Below, piece after piece: positions 1-11,641 of a stretch of DNA of 64,000 nucleotides (position 1 is its first letter; the number at the start of each line of letters is the position of its first letter). The notes beneath the pieces were generated by a model. The model had not been told where the DNA came from. It saw only the letters and a list, made by a program, of their open reading frames with translations, and did not search any database. Position numbers and translations under genes: made by a program. Source of the stretch: Haliotis cracherodii (Eukaryota); contig NW_027266264.1 in the NCBI RefSeq assembly GCF_022045235.1, positions 86,676,001 to 86,740,000 on the forward strand, in the 5' to 3' direction.

Positions 1-1652
1 GACGGGCAATATAGTGTCTGGTACAACATGGTGTGTTTCCTACATTTTGGCAATATACCGTCTTTTACATCGTAGTTTGTTTCGTGAAGATGGGCAATGT
101 AGTGTCTGGTACTTCGTGGTTTGTTTCCTACAGATGGGCAATAAAGTGTCTGTTACAAAGTGGTGTATTTCCTACAGATTGGCAATAAAGTGTCTGTTAC
201 ATCATACTTTGTTTCATGCAGATTGGCAATATAGTGTCTGGTACAACGTGGTTTGTTTTCTTCAGATGGGGAATATAGTGTTTGTAATATTGTGTCGTGT
301 TTCCTTCAGATGGGCAATATAGTGTCTGGTAAAACGTGGTTTGTTTTCTTGAGATGGGCAATATAGTGTTTGTAATAACGTGGTGTGCTTCCTACAGATG
401 GGCAATTTTGGTGTGTGTAATAACGTGGTGTGTTTCCTACAGATGGGCAATATAGTGTTTGTAATAACGTGGTTTGTTTCCTACAGATGGGCAATAGAGT
501 ATCTATTACAACGCGGTTTGTTTCATGCAGACGGGCAATATTTTGTTTGTAATAACGTGGTTTGTTTCCTACAGATGGGCAATATAGTGTTTGTAATAAC
601 GTAATTTGTTTCCTACAGGTGGACAATATAGTATCTGTTACAACGTGGTTTGTTTCCTACAGATGGGCAATAAAGTGTCTGTTACAAAGTGGTGTATTTC
701 CTACAGTTTGGCAATATAGTGTCTGTTACATCATACTTTGTTTCCTTCAGATTGGCAATATAGTGTCTGGTACAACGTGGTTTGTTTTCTTGGGATGGGC
801 AAGATAGTGTTTGTAATAATGTGGTGTGTTTCCTTCAGATGGGCAATATAGTATCTGTTACAACGTGGTTTGTTTCATGCATATGGGCAATATAGCGTTT
901 GTAATAGCGTGGTGTTTCCTACAGATGGGAAATATAGTGTCTGTTACAACGTGGTTTGCTTCCTACAGATGGGCAATTTGGTGTGTGTAATAACGTGGTG
1001 TGTTTTCTTCAGATGGGCAATATAGAGTTTGTAACAACGTGGTTTGTTTCCTATAGATGGACAATAGAGTATCTGTTACAACGTGGTTTGTTTCCTTCAG
1101 ATGGGCAATATAGTGTTTGTAATAACGTGATGTGTTTCCTACAGATGGGCAATATAGTGTTTGTAATTACGTGGTTTGTTTCATGCAGATGGGCAATATA
1201 GTGTTTGTTACAACGTGGTGTGTTTTCTACAGATGGGCAATATAGTGTCTGTTACGACGTGGTTTGTTTCCTTCAGATGGGCAATATAGTGTTTGTAATA
1301 ACGTGATTTTGTTCCTACAGGTGGACAACATAGTATCTGTTACAACGTGGTTTGTTTTATGTAGATGGGAAATATAGTGCCTGTTAGAAAGTGGTTTGTT
1401 TCCTTCAGATGGGCAATATAGTGTTTGTAATAACGTGGTTTGTTTCCTACAGATGGGCAAATAGTGTTTGTAATAACGTGGTTTGTTTCCTACAGATGGG
1501 CAATATGGTGTTTGTTACAACGTGGTGTGTTTCCTACAGATGGGCAATATAGTGTTTGTAATAACGTGGTGTGTTTCCTACAGATGGGCAATATAGTGTC
1601 TGTTACGACGTGGTTTGTTTCATACAGGTGGACAATATAGTGTCTGTTACAA
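1..1652. repeat. 44-bp minisatellite array (truncated at window start)
   Basis: Repeating unit CAGATGGGCAATATAGTGTTTGTAATAACGTGGTTTGTTTCCTA with variants; the ORFs called here are periodic artefacts. Confidence 0.95.
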
Positions 1653-2671
1653 CGCCAGTGTCTGTCGAGCCGTGGTTGGGACTATTCGGATGGGAAACGC
1701 ACCATTTGCACTCTAGAAGGAATGCGCGAACGAATTACAAGGTAATGAATCATTCTGGGCCTTTTACACCCAGTGGAATCCGTTTTGGCGTATAAGAGAG
1801 ACTGGTTACTCTCTGTCTTTGACGGTTTATACTAATAGAATAATCGAAATATTTAATGCAAATTACGTGGAATGAGTGTAGTTATATTCAATAGCAAACA
1901 TTTTGTGACAATTCTTCAAAGTATGGCCTCTCGGACTTCATATATGCCATTGAGATGATAACATGACAAATATGACGTCCGAAGAATGTTCCCAGCATGA
2001 CAAACTACTGCCATGACAGCGATGACAAGGGCTTTGTGTTGAAGCACAAACTACACATCTTTACCGACCGATTCAAAATTATAGATAGCAAGCGTGCGCT
2101 AAAGTGTTACAGTCGTACCGGCTGCGTCAGCATTGGTGCGCCCTCCACGTCATCACGTGACATGCACCCAATCAGCGGGCGGATGTCTGGGAGAGAAAGA
2201 AGGATGCCTCAAGGGCGGATGTCCAGGAGAGAAAGAAAGATGCCTCGAGGGCGTCTCAAGTATTCGTACTCCATAGTTAGACTATAAATGTCATGGAACT
2301 ATACAGTGTCATCAGCAATTCGTTTGTGTGAAGAGTACAGCATCATTAGTTATCAGCTGGGTGTATCAACTCTCCATCACTTACTCCTATTGCAACTGAG
2401 TCTACCACCTTCTCCATATCTCACTGCTTTAAGATTTGGTATTTAAATGTCGACAATAATCAATGGCATCGATGGCAGCTGTTCCATTCTCGACAACCGG
2501 TGGACATCTACATCACTTATGATTGACATTCAGTGTGGTGATAAACTAGGTAATTTACTGGGGTAGACCTTCGATCTGTGGCTATGTTATAAAGGGATAT
2601 TAATCAAGCCATACGCTTCACGCCAGTGTACATTCCCCATCACATGAAAACCCCACATTCCCAGTGTTACA
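1645..2671 (+). mobile_element. Possible solo LTR-like element
   Basis: Begins TGTTACA and ends TGTTACA; ~36-bp tandem duplication (2177-2252) and CACGTCA/CACGTG motifs upstream of TATAAA (~2283); no TSD or canonical AATAAA found. Confidence 0.3.
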
Positions 2672-2859
2672 CTGGAACAAAGGATAAGAAAATAGACAAG
2701 AAAGGGAGGTTTACAGAAACGAACTCGTCTGATAAATTTTTGATTCACGTCCTAATTAAACCTGCTCAGAAGCTATATGATGATTCGTAGTTCAAAGCAA
2801 GAATTCTGTTATAACCCCCATGAATAATAGAAGATGGAGATTTTAAAAGAAGACGCATC

Positions 2860-3645
2860 GCTACTGTGGATGACGAACTGATCAGGGCATCCATACCCAC
2901 AGGGCGCTCCACGTGTCTGTGTGTGTGTCTGTCCGTTTGTCCATCTGCCGGTGTGTCTGTGTGCGTGTCTGTGTTCTGTGTATTGCTAATGTGGGTGACA
3001 ACTGATCGGGACATTCATACCCCGCAGGGCGCTCCTCGTGTCTGTGTGTGTGTCTGTCCGTTTGTCTATCTGCCTGTGTGTCTGTGTGCGTGTCTGTGTT
3101 CTGTGCATTGCTACTGTGGATGACGGACTGGTCAGACATTCAACCCCGCAGGGCGCTCCTCGTGTCTGTGTGTGTCTGTCCGTTTGTCTATCTGCCTGTG
3201 TGTCTGTGTGCGTGTCTGTGTTCTGTGCATTGCTACTGTGGATGACGGACTGGTCAGACATTCAACCCCGCAGGCCGCTCCTCGTGTCTGTGTGTGTCTG
3301 TCCGTTTGTCTATCTACCTGTGTGTCTGTGTGCGTGTCTGTGTGCTGTGCATCGCTACCGTGGATGACGAACTGATCAGGGCATCCATACCCAGCAGACC
3401 GCTCTAAGTGTCTTCTCTGTGTGTGTCTGTTTGTCTATCTGCCTGTGTGTCTGTGTTCTGTGCATCGCTACTGTGGATGACGAACTCATCAGGACATCCA
3501 TACCCCGCAGGGCGCTCCACATGTCTGTGTGTGTCTGTTTGTCTATCTGCCTGTGTGTCTGTGTGCGTGTCTGTGTGCTGTGCATCGCCACCGTGGATGA
3601 CGGACTGGTCAGACATTCATACCCTGCAGGGCGCTCCATGTGAAG
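2860..3645. repeat. ~122-bp minisatellite with TG/TCTG-rich half
   Basis: CTACTGTGGATGACG(A/G)ACTG...CCCCGCAGGGCGCTCC head recurs at ~2861, 3111, 3233, 3355, 3468, 3588. Confidence 0.92.
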
Positions 3646-4452
3646 CATCTGTGTGTGTGTCTGTCTGTCGAGTGTCTGCATATGTTTAAGTTTGTATGTG
3701 GGTATCAGCCTGTCTGTCTGTGTGCCCGTGTGTCTGTCTGTCTATATACCTGTGTCTGTCTGTCTGTGTGTCTATCTCTGTGTTTGTCTGTCTGTCTACA
3801 TGTGTGTCTGTGTCTGTTTGTCTATCCGCTTGCATGTCTATCGGCCTGTTTTTCCGTATGTGTTTATCTGTCTGTGCGTCTGTCTATCTGCATGTGTGTC
3901 TGCCTGTCTGTCTGTGATTTTATGTGTCTATTTGCCTGTGTCTATTTGTCAATCCGCCTGTGTGTCCATCTGTCTGTGTATCGGTCTATCTGTCCGTGTG
4001 TCTGCCTGTCTGTCTGGCTGTCTATCTGCCTGTATCTGTTTGTCTATCCGCCTGTGTGTCCAGCTGTCTGTGTATCGGTCTATCTGCCCGTGTGTCTGTC
4101 TGTCTGTGTGACTGTGTGTCTGTTTGTCTGTGTATCTGTCTATCTGCCTGTGTGTCTGTCTGTGTTTCTGTCTGTCTATCTGTCTGTGTGACTGTGTCTG
4201 TTTGTCGATCCGCCTGTTTGTGTATTTGTGTGTCTGTTTGCATGTGTGTCTGTGTGTCTGCCTGTCAGCCTGTCTGAGTATGTGTCTGCCTATCTGCCTG
4301 TGTCTGTGTGTCTGTTTGTCTATCTGCCTGTGTGTCTATCTGTCTGTGTGTCTGTTTGTCTATCCGCCCGTGTGTCTATCCGTCTGTGTATCTGTTTGTG
4401 TTTCTGTCTGGCTGGCTGTGTGACTGTGTATCTGTTTGTCTATCCGCCTGTG
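3646..4452. repeat. Degenerate (TCTG)/(TG) compound microsatellite
   Basis: Low-complexity TGTCTGTC/TGTG tract continuous with the preceding array. Confidence 0.92.
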
Positions 4453-5086
4453 ACATACGACAGTTTCTGACACCGACATCTAATCTAACGGGCAATGAGG
4501 TTTCTCGGTACAGATTGTCTACAGTAGCAGCTGGTAGCCAGGGTTTATTGGTGCAACAGAAACACTCTCTGACTTACAACTCTCCCTCCCATACCTGAAT
4601 CTGCTCGCAGTGGTGTGGAAATAGTTGTGTTTATTATTTTCTACAGATTTTGATGAATATTGAAATATATATTTGTCGATGAGATGGTGTGACGTAAAAT
4701 TCTTGACCGTATCTGAATGCATAATATTGTCAATCTGCAGAGTGCCCTCACATAACACCACTCTGACGTCAGATTGCATACAAGGACGTCATATATCTCC
4801 GTGAGGAACATGCCGGTAGATCGGGGGATGGAGTCTGCTTGTATAGGAAATGGGGTCTTCACACTCGCGTTCAGCTGATCTCAGTGAATGTAAAGCGCCA
4901 TGGTGAAGTAGGGCGTTGGCTGAAATCGTGACAAAACACCTATCTATGATCTGGGTCTGTAGAGCCGGCGTCTAGGGGCATCATCAACGTCGGTGATAGG
5001 ACGCTGTTTGACAACCCTCACGGTACACTGAGTGGGGCTAAGAGGAAGCCCAAAGACACGCAGACTTTTGACGTTGGGGGCTTGTA

Positions 5087-5248
5087 CAGGGGGATCCAGA
5101 CGGGGTGTGGGGGTGGGGTGGGGATGGGGTGGGTGCTGTTGGGTGGTGGGGGGACCAAATGTAGTATGTTGTAGAAAGTGACATTATCTGAGAGAAGAGT
5201 TTGATATTTTGGACCCCACCCTTTAAAAAGATGCTGGATATGCCCTTG
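5087..5248. mobile_element. MITE (non-autonomous DNA transposon), copy 1
   Basis: TIR-like ends CAGGGGGATCCAG / CTGGATATGCCCTTG; core ACCAAATGTAGTA..GTTGTAG..ATCTGAGAG shared with 42377-42532; imperfect 8-bp flanks GGCTTGTA/GGCTGGTT (hAT-like). Confidence 0.7.
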
Positions 5249-5432
5249 GGCTGGTTGGAATCCATACGCCCGGGTTTGGTGCTGAAAAAACCTAGAATCT
5301 TGTAAAGGGCGAAACTGGTTCGAAAGGTTTTGGGCACACCACTTTTACCTCCTATGACAATGTATCCGAAGAATCCCGCTAGCGTCCTATATGATATGCT
5401 TAAAGCGTTGATCATGTGCCTGTGTTTTACAA

Positions 5433-5639
5433 CATTGAATCTCCAGCTTTAAAACCGCCACTTCTGGAAGACAGCAGCAATTCTATGTGAACGCAGCCTC
5501 TCTTGACTAGGACTAACAGGATATGCCCTCCGGTGATGTGCGGTTCGGTGTATGGAGCAATGCTTTTAGTTGTCACAGATACTTGGGATTCATCGGGAGT
5601 GATAATCCGGGCAGCTTGGTATATAGTTGACATCAAAGC
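5433..5639. repeat. ~205-bp dispersed repeat, copy 1
   Basis: Closely matches 31794-32001 in the same orientation. Confidence 0.9.
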
Positions 5640-6254
5640 GTATCTAGGATTCGAAGACATTATCGTAGTTTTAAGGCACTCCAAGGGGGAGGCAACTCTG
5701 CACAACGACGAGTCTGGGAGCGTGTCTGCGTTCTTATAGGAGCACGTTCTTTTTTCTGAACTAAATTGTGTTTGCTTGATGTTTTAATCCATTCCATTAA
5801 GCGGAGGATCCTGCCACTTCATCCCAGTAATCCTGTAGAATGTCATATATTTTTAATACATGGTAAATTAATAACCCCCCCCCCCCCCCCTCCCCGCCCA
5901 CACACACACACACACACACACGAGCTTAAATACAGGAAATGAACGTATATGCCTTTACGCGCCAGTTCACAAGATAGATTTAAAATGGTATATTTTTGTA
6001 TTTTTGTCAGATGAGTGGTCTGTTTATCCAAGTCTATGTAGCGCTATTGGAGTGGAGTATCTGTTTTCAGGGTGGTCATGTGACAAACAGGTACACGTGT
6101 GACGAAGATAATCAATATGGGTTTGAATGAACACCATCTGTCACTCCTGGCCTTCATCTGAATTCAAAAGCTTTGTTGGATGTGTTACATCACCCAGATG
6201 AACTGATTACGTTACGTCTCGTGGTGCTTGTTATAAATATGTGGAGTTTTATGC

Positions 6255-6580
6255 CGTTGTCTGTAGCAAGCTGTACCACGGCAAGCGGATGTGTGGGGTC
6301 GGGCGCTTGGCGGGTAAACCAGTGGGCGATGGCATGAAGCATTGGTCCATGTTGTAGGGAGATCTTATCCCTCTTCGAAGACCTGTATAGACCACGTAGA
6401 AGCTGTGCTCCGTGTAGGATGTAAATACAGTATTAAACACTTTTGGAGAAATATATACCCTGAATGTGTTTATGCAGACACAAAATGCAGGCTGCGATTT
6501 CACTCAAGTTTGGAATATTGCAGAGTGCGGCGTTAAACTACAAACACTCAAACAAACAAACAAAATAACAAACAAACAAC
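6255..6580 (+). mobile_element. Retroposed repeat carrying the shared SINE/LINE 3' tail
   Basis: Ends TGGAATATTGCAGAGTGCGGCGTTAAAC plus (CAAA)n like family A, but the body differs; 5' boundary approximate. Confidence 0.55.
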
Positions 6581-8286
6581 AGCTCGGTTCATGACAACGA
6601 GATCGATCTATGTGATGCTTGAAGAAACAAAGCAGTAAAGCAGAAGAATATTTTCCAGTCAACTACCCCTTTAGAACAGTAGATGTTATGTGCCATTACA
6701 AACCCTTTGGTGAGTTTAAAATGGTGAACCGACAATAGACGAAAATGAGACTATCATCATATTGTGAATCGATGCCACGTGAAATTTGGTTGTACGTGTA
6801 TTCATTAAATTAAGGTGAAAAAAGATCCATGTTACGTTACATTTATTTACAATATGTAATACAATACTGCGTTCCTGCGTGAAGCAGTTTTAATTTGAAT
6901 ACATAAGGACAATCCATACAATAGCACCATCTTGTCACATAACATGCACAATTCACTTGAGCTCTATGCATCATTATAATCAAGGGCACTCTGGTTTTTT
7001 TCTCCGATTATACTCTGGTTCAAGGCAATGAGTCGACAGTACTACCTTTTCAGTAGTGGTAGGCGTCGTTTACAGAACTAGATGAATTTCGGTTCTGTTC
7101 TGAAGAATGACAACACATGTGATGATGCTTCACTGTGGTTTATGCAGACCTGTAGTTAGCATCGACAGGCATCCATGAGGTCCACTCATCTGCTTTCCTC
7201 GTGTTAGCTTTGAACTTGTATCCTTAACACGGAGGTATCTTCCTCCACGGGAACTTTGAACTTATATCCTTAACACAGAGGTATCCTCCATCCTTTGGGC
7301 GATGGTGGTTAGGATGTATGGGTATGTGGGTGGGTAGGCTTGGTACTCTTCAGACTAAGTAGCGTCCAGTCTGCACCTTGTCTGGAGGAGCACCTGGGCC
7401 CTGTCGCTTGCTGTCACGGATCCCTTGGCTTCCTCCGAATCCATCCGAGAGGATACGTCACACTAGGACTCGTGGGGGATAATATCTCATTCGTTCATAG
7501 ACTCTCCTGGAATCAATGAAAATGTGCAACAGAATAATTGAAAGGGTTACCGTGGTAACTGTATAAAATGTAGTTAATCCATGCAATTGTGGAATTCCAT
7601 CCCTCCATAGCGGCGTGTAAACGCATTAACAACTAAAACCTAGAAGTATATCTCGCCGTGGGAATAGCAGTGCTGCAGCCCAGCAAGTAACGGTATTTAC
7701 AAGTTAAGAATTCCTGCATTAGTGTCATATTTGTCGGGTCAGTTCCACTTAATAAACGGGAGAGACTAAACTGTTGTGTAGAAGTGTTTTTGAAGCCTCG
7801 GCTTGGGTGCTGGTATATGATGAAATGTACATGAATGCCATTCTTCTCCGGTGAGTAACATGTTCCCTGCGTGTGCTGCTTCTCTAAATGTCAGTTTTTT
7901 AAATGTACGTCAAATACTGATTGTCGTGTTTTGCCCACGATAGAAATGCAAACCCGGGCGTATAATCGTCAGCATCTTGTCAGTATCTGTTACTGACTCG
8001 TAGCATCATAGTCCTTCCACTGACACAGTGTCACGCGAGGAATAAGATTAACATCCAAACGGCTGATATAACTTTCTCCACAATGGTCATTGTCAGTTAG
8101 TGAAGACCCATTACTGCCTCGTGTCATTCAGTATCCAGCATATCCAATAAGACAAATGTCATGAAAGTATGTATTTCATGTCCTTGCTGAACATCAGTTG
8201 ACTTAATGCATCATAGATTGAGTGTTTTTTCTCAAAGGAACAACGAAAATAGTTCATGTTGCCCTATAATAATCTTCCACATGTCA

Positions 8287-8559
8287 GGGTCGGTGGTGTA
8301 GCCTTGTCGTAGAAGCGTTCGCTTGTCACGCCGAAAGTTGGATTCGATTACCCACAATCTTAGAATATACATGTATATGAAATCCATTTGTCGTCATACG
8401 TCGTGATATTGTTGGAATATCGTAAAGCTATGGAATCCTCAGAGGGACATTGTCGCATTGTGGCGCTTTTTGCTTGTTTTTGTAAGGGCAACAACGCGAC
8501 AATGTCCCTTCTAGGATTCCATACATAAAGCGTTAAATCAAACTCACTCACTCACTCAC
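8287..8559 (+). mobile_element. tRNA-derived SINE family B, interrupted by a palindromic insert
   Basis: Degenerate A/B boxes (GTAGCCTTGTCGT / GATTCGATT), GTCACGCCGAA arm, (ACTC)n tail. Confidence 0.75.
8429..8525. mobile_element. Short hairpin MITE-like insert
   Basis: Inverted arms TATGGAATCCTCAGAGGGACATTGTCGC / GCGACAATGTCCCTTCTAGGATTCCATA; flanked by a TAAAGC duplication (8423-8428, 8526-8531). Confidence 0.75.
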
Positions 8560-10036
8560 GCACCCCCCCCCCCCCCCCTCCCTCCCTCCCTAATTTCAGT
8601 TACTCATTTGGTGTTTAATAATGTTGCAACACACGAGAAGTGTCATCACACTGACATACTTGTATCGCTGTGTTGTCTGTCCCTTCTTGTATATCGATAA
8701 TGAGAGGATGCTTTGAAACCACACATAGTAGGTTAATGGTGAAGTACATGTATTATAGTCATGTTGTGTTCAGCGTCGAAGGCCGCAGCGAAAAGCCGAT
8801 GATATGAATAACGGTCGTGTTAAACAGACGTCAGGGATTAAAAACGATTTGCGTCAAACAGTTAAGGCGCAATTCCTTGTCTGTGCCCGTTATGTCGAGA
8901 ACACGATTAGGTGTACTTTTATTCATATCTCTTTCGAAAAAAAACAAGCAAAAATTAAACGACATTTTTAAGAATGTACGTCAAGCAATTACCGTAAATA
9001 TACGACCCCTGGTGTTAGAGAAAAAGTCTTTGAATGGCATTTAGAAGTGATACACATAAGGAAGAGAATGTCAACTTCTTTTTTATGAGAAATACAAGGT
9101 GGTATTCCTCATAATGAAGACGTTCACGTCCATAAATTCTTTTCCTAATGAGATATTTGTTTTTATTTACAGGTTTAGTTTTTAACAGTAAGGATTCTTG
9201 GATTCAGGCAATTCTTTTCAATATAAGATCACATATGAATTTAAATTTGTGTTGTATATTTTATTAATGCAAGTTAATTGATGGGAAGTACTTCAGACCC
9301 TCTCTGCAGATAATTCTGCCACCCCAAGCTATGGAATATGGACCCGAATGATGCCATTGCAGGTGCTCATTTCATCTTGGATCCTCTCAATGTTTTCCAC
9401 GGTTCTCACATACATGCACCTAAATACTGGCAGTTTATTGGGTCCAATATTCTGGAAGTGTGACCAGGGATTTGTATCTAAATTTAGAATTCCAAACTAA
9501 TTAAGTGACCTTGGTAAACAGATTTCGAAAAAAACCTTATAATTTATAATTTCCTTAAATTCTGAGTTATTTTAGGATGGCATAGATTTGTTAAAACTAT
9601 TGGAGAGGGAAAGTTTACTGACATCTGATGCAGGTTTGGGGCTGAATATCAGCCTCTGAGGAGATCTAGATTTATCCCTGGTGACATGCCCAACCCTATG
9701 TCCCAGACGCCTAAATAAAATGTATGTTATGATTCATTTATTATATAATAAAAACCAATGTAGCAGCGAGGGGTAATAATAAACTGCTTTGATTTTATCA
9801 ACTGTTCTTTTATTTATTTGTATTCATTTGAAAGACCCACAAACATGCCATTCAGGTTATATTGCTTTTACTTAGAGCACGTGATCATAAACGTGGGCAA
9901 GGTAACTGTTTAAAATGTATTTACAGATATCCACATGATTTGCAACTTGTGCTTGTGTTTACGGTTTCCAATACTTTCGATAGAAAATTACGATGGAAAC
10001 AGAATTTGGTTACCCGGCCTTTGGATGAATAATATA

Positions 10037-11641
10037 AACTAAGCGTCAAAAGAAAGCATAGGATGACAATTTGTAATTTTCCTAAAAACAGCGATAACTA
10101 GTGGAAAGTGGGTATTGGGGATATGACTGCCCAGGGACAGGTACCAAAAAACACCTCACCCGAACGCGCCACCTTTGACGGCGCTCATGCGGTGACAAAA
10201 AATGGTGAAACAAGTTTCCCGCCTATGGCATGAACTGCACGTGCATGTTAGCTGCATAAATGCGTTCGTCTGCAGGGTATAACCACACGTGATGAAAGCA
10301 AACGAAAAGAATGCCACGAGGCGGCGTATCACAGCATGCATTGAGGCAGGTGGATGTCATACACGCTATTGAAGGCAACTGTGTCGACAATGAACTTGTA
10401 GTGTGCCGCCTTATCGATGACGTCAGTCTTCTGATGACGTGGACTGGAATCCTTTGCCACTCGTCTCTCAGGGCCTGCTGCAATTCTTGTCTGTTGACGG
10501 GAGGCTGATGGCGTGCTCTAATTTGTCTGTCAAGATGGTCCTACAGATGTTCAATAGGATTCATATCGGGTGAGTGGGCAGGCCAGGGCGAAACGTCAAC
10601 GTTCTGCTGGTTTAGAAAGTTCCGAGTCAGTCTTGCAGTATGGGGCCTGGCATTGTCGTGTTGAAACAATGTTCCCTGCTGTTGGTTTTGTAAGAACGGA
10701 AGCACAACTGGCAGCAACACTTGGTCTCTGTACCACACAGCATTCAGGTTTCCCTGTATAATCACAAAATCAGTCTTCTGATCTCCACAAATACCGCCCC
10801 AAACCATGACACCTCCCCCGCCGAATGGATGGACCTCTCGAATACACGTCGGAGCCAAACGTTCCCCTCTGCGTCGATAAACTCGTTCTCTGCCGTCATT
10901 TCGAAACAAGTTAAACCGACTTTCATCGGTAAACAGCACTCGACGCCAATTTCTCACTTGCAAGCGTCGAACCTGCCTCGCCCATCGCAGTCTCAGGCGT
11001 CGATGTTGAGCAGTCAGTACCATTCCTCGGAAAGGACGATAAGCTCGGATTCCAGCAGCACGAAGTCGTCGTAGTACTGTACGTTGGATAATCGGATGTC
11101 CAAACGCTGTTGCTGCCGTCGCCGTCGCCGTTATGAATCTGTTTCGCAGGTGAAAGAGTCGTATGTGACCGTCTTCCAGTGGTGTTTTCACTCGGGGTCG
11201 TCCGGTTCTAGGCCTGTCGTGTGTCCTCCCTGTCTGTCTGTACCGTTGAATCAGCCTGGCTACCGTCAATGGTGTACAACCAAACCTTCTGGCAATTTGG
11301 ACCTGTGTTGCCCCCATTTCGGCCATACCGCTGACTCTCTCTCTGCTCCTGTGACAGTCGTGACATTTCTTTTGTGTGCTTTCATCACGTATGGTTATAC
11401 CCTGCAGACGAACACATTTATACAGCTAACATGCACGTGCAGTTCATGCCATAGGCGGGAAACTTGTTTCACCATTTTTTTGTCACTGCACGAGCGCCGT
11501 CAAAGGTGGCGCGTTCTGGTGAGGTGTTTTTTGGCACATGTCCCTGGGCAGTCATATTCCCAATGCCCACTTTCCACTAGTTATCGCTGTTTTTAGGAAA
11601 ATTACAAATCTCCAACCTATGCTTTCTTTTGACGCTTAGTA
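10037..11641 (-). mobile_element. Full-length Tc1 (DD34E) DNA transposon with ~283-bp TIRs
   Basis: TIRs 10037-~10319 and ~11358-11641 (ACTAAGCGTCAAAAGAAAGCATAGG...), TA dinucleotide on both flanks, internal transposase. Confidence 0.96.
10326..11366 (-). pseudogene. Tc1 transposase pseudogene
   Basis: ATG at 11366 (MSRLSQEQRE), frameshift before 11326; HTH/GRPR, FTDESRF, VMVWGGI and HDNARPH..SPDMNPIE motifs (34 residues between D and E); TAG in place of the expected Trp at 10541-10543; the C-terminus RRITACIEAGGCHTRY* lies inverted on the + strand at 10322-10372. Confidence 0.93.

Noticed and set aside
7140-7510. Exon-like GC-richer segment on the minus strand with an acceptor-like site near 7506
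   Set aside because: Stops in all frames, an internal ~40-bp duplication and no recognisable protein
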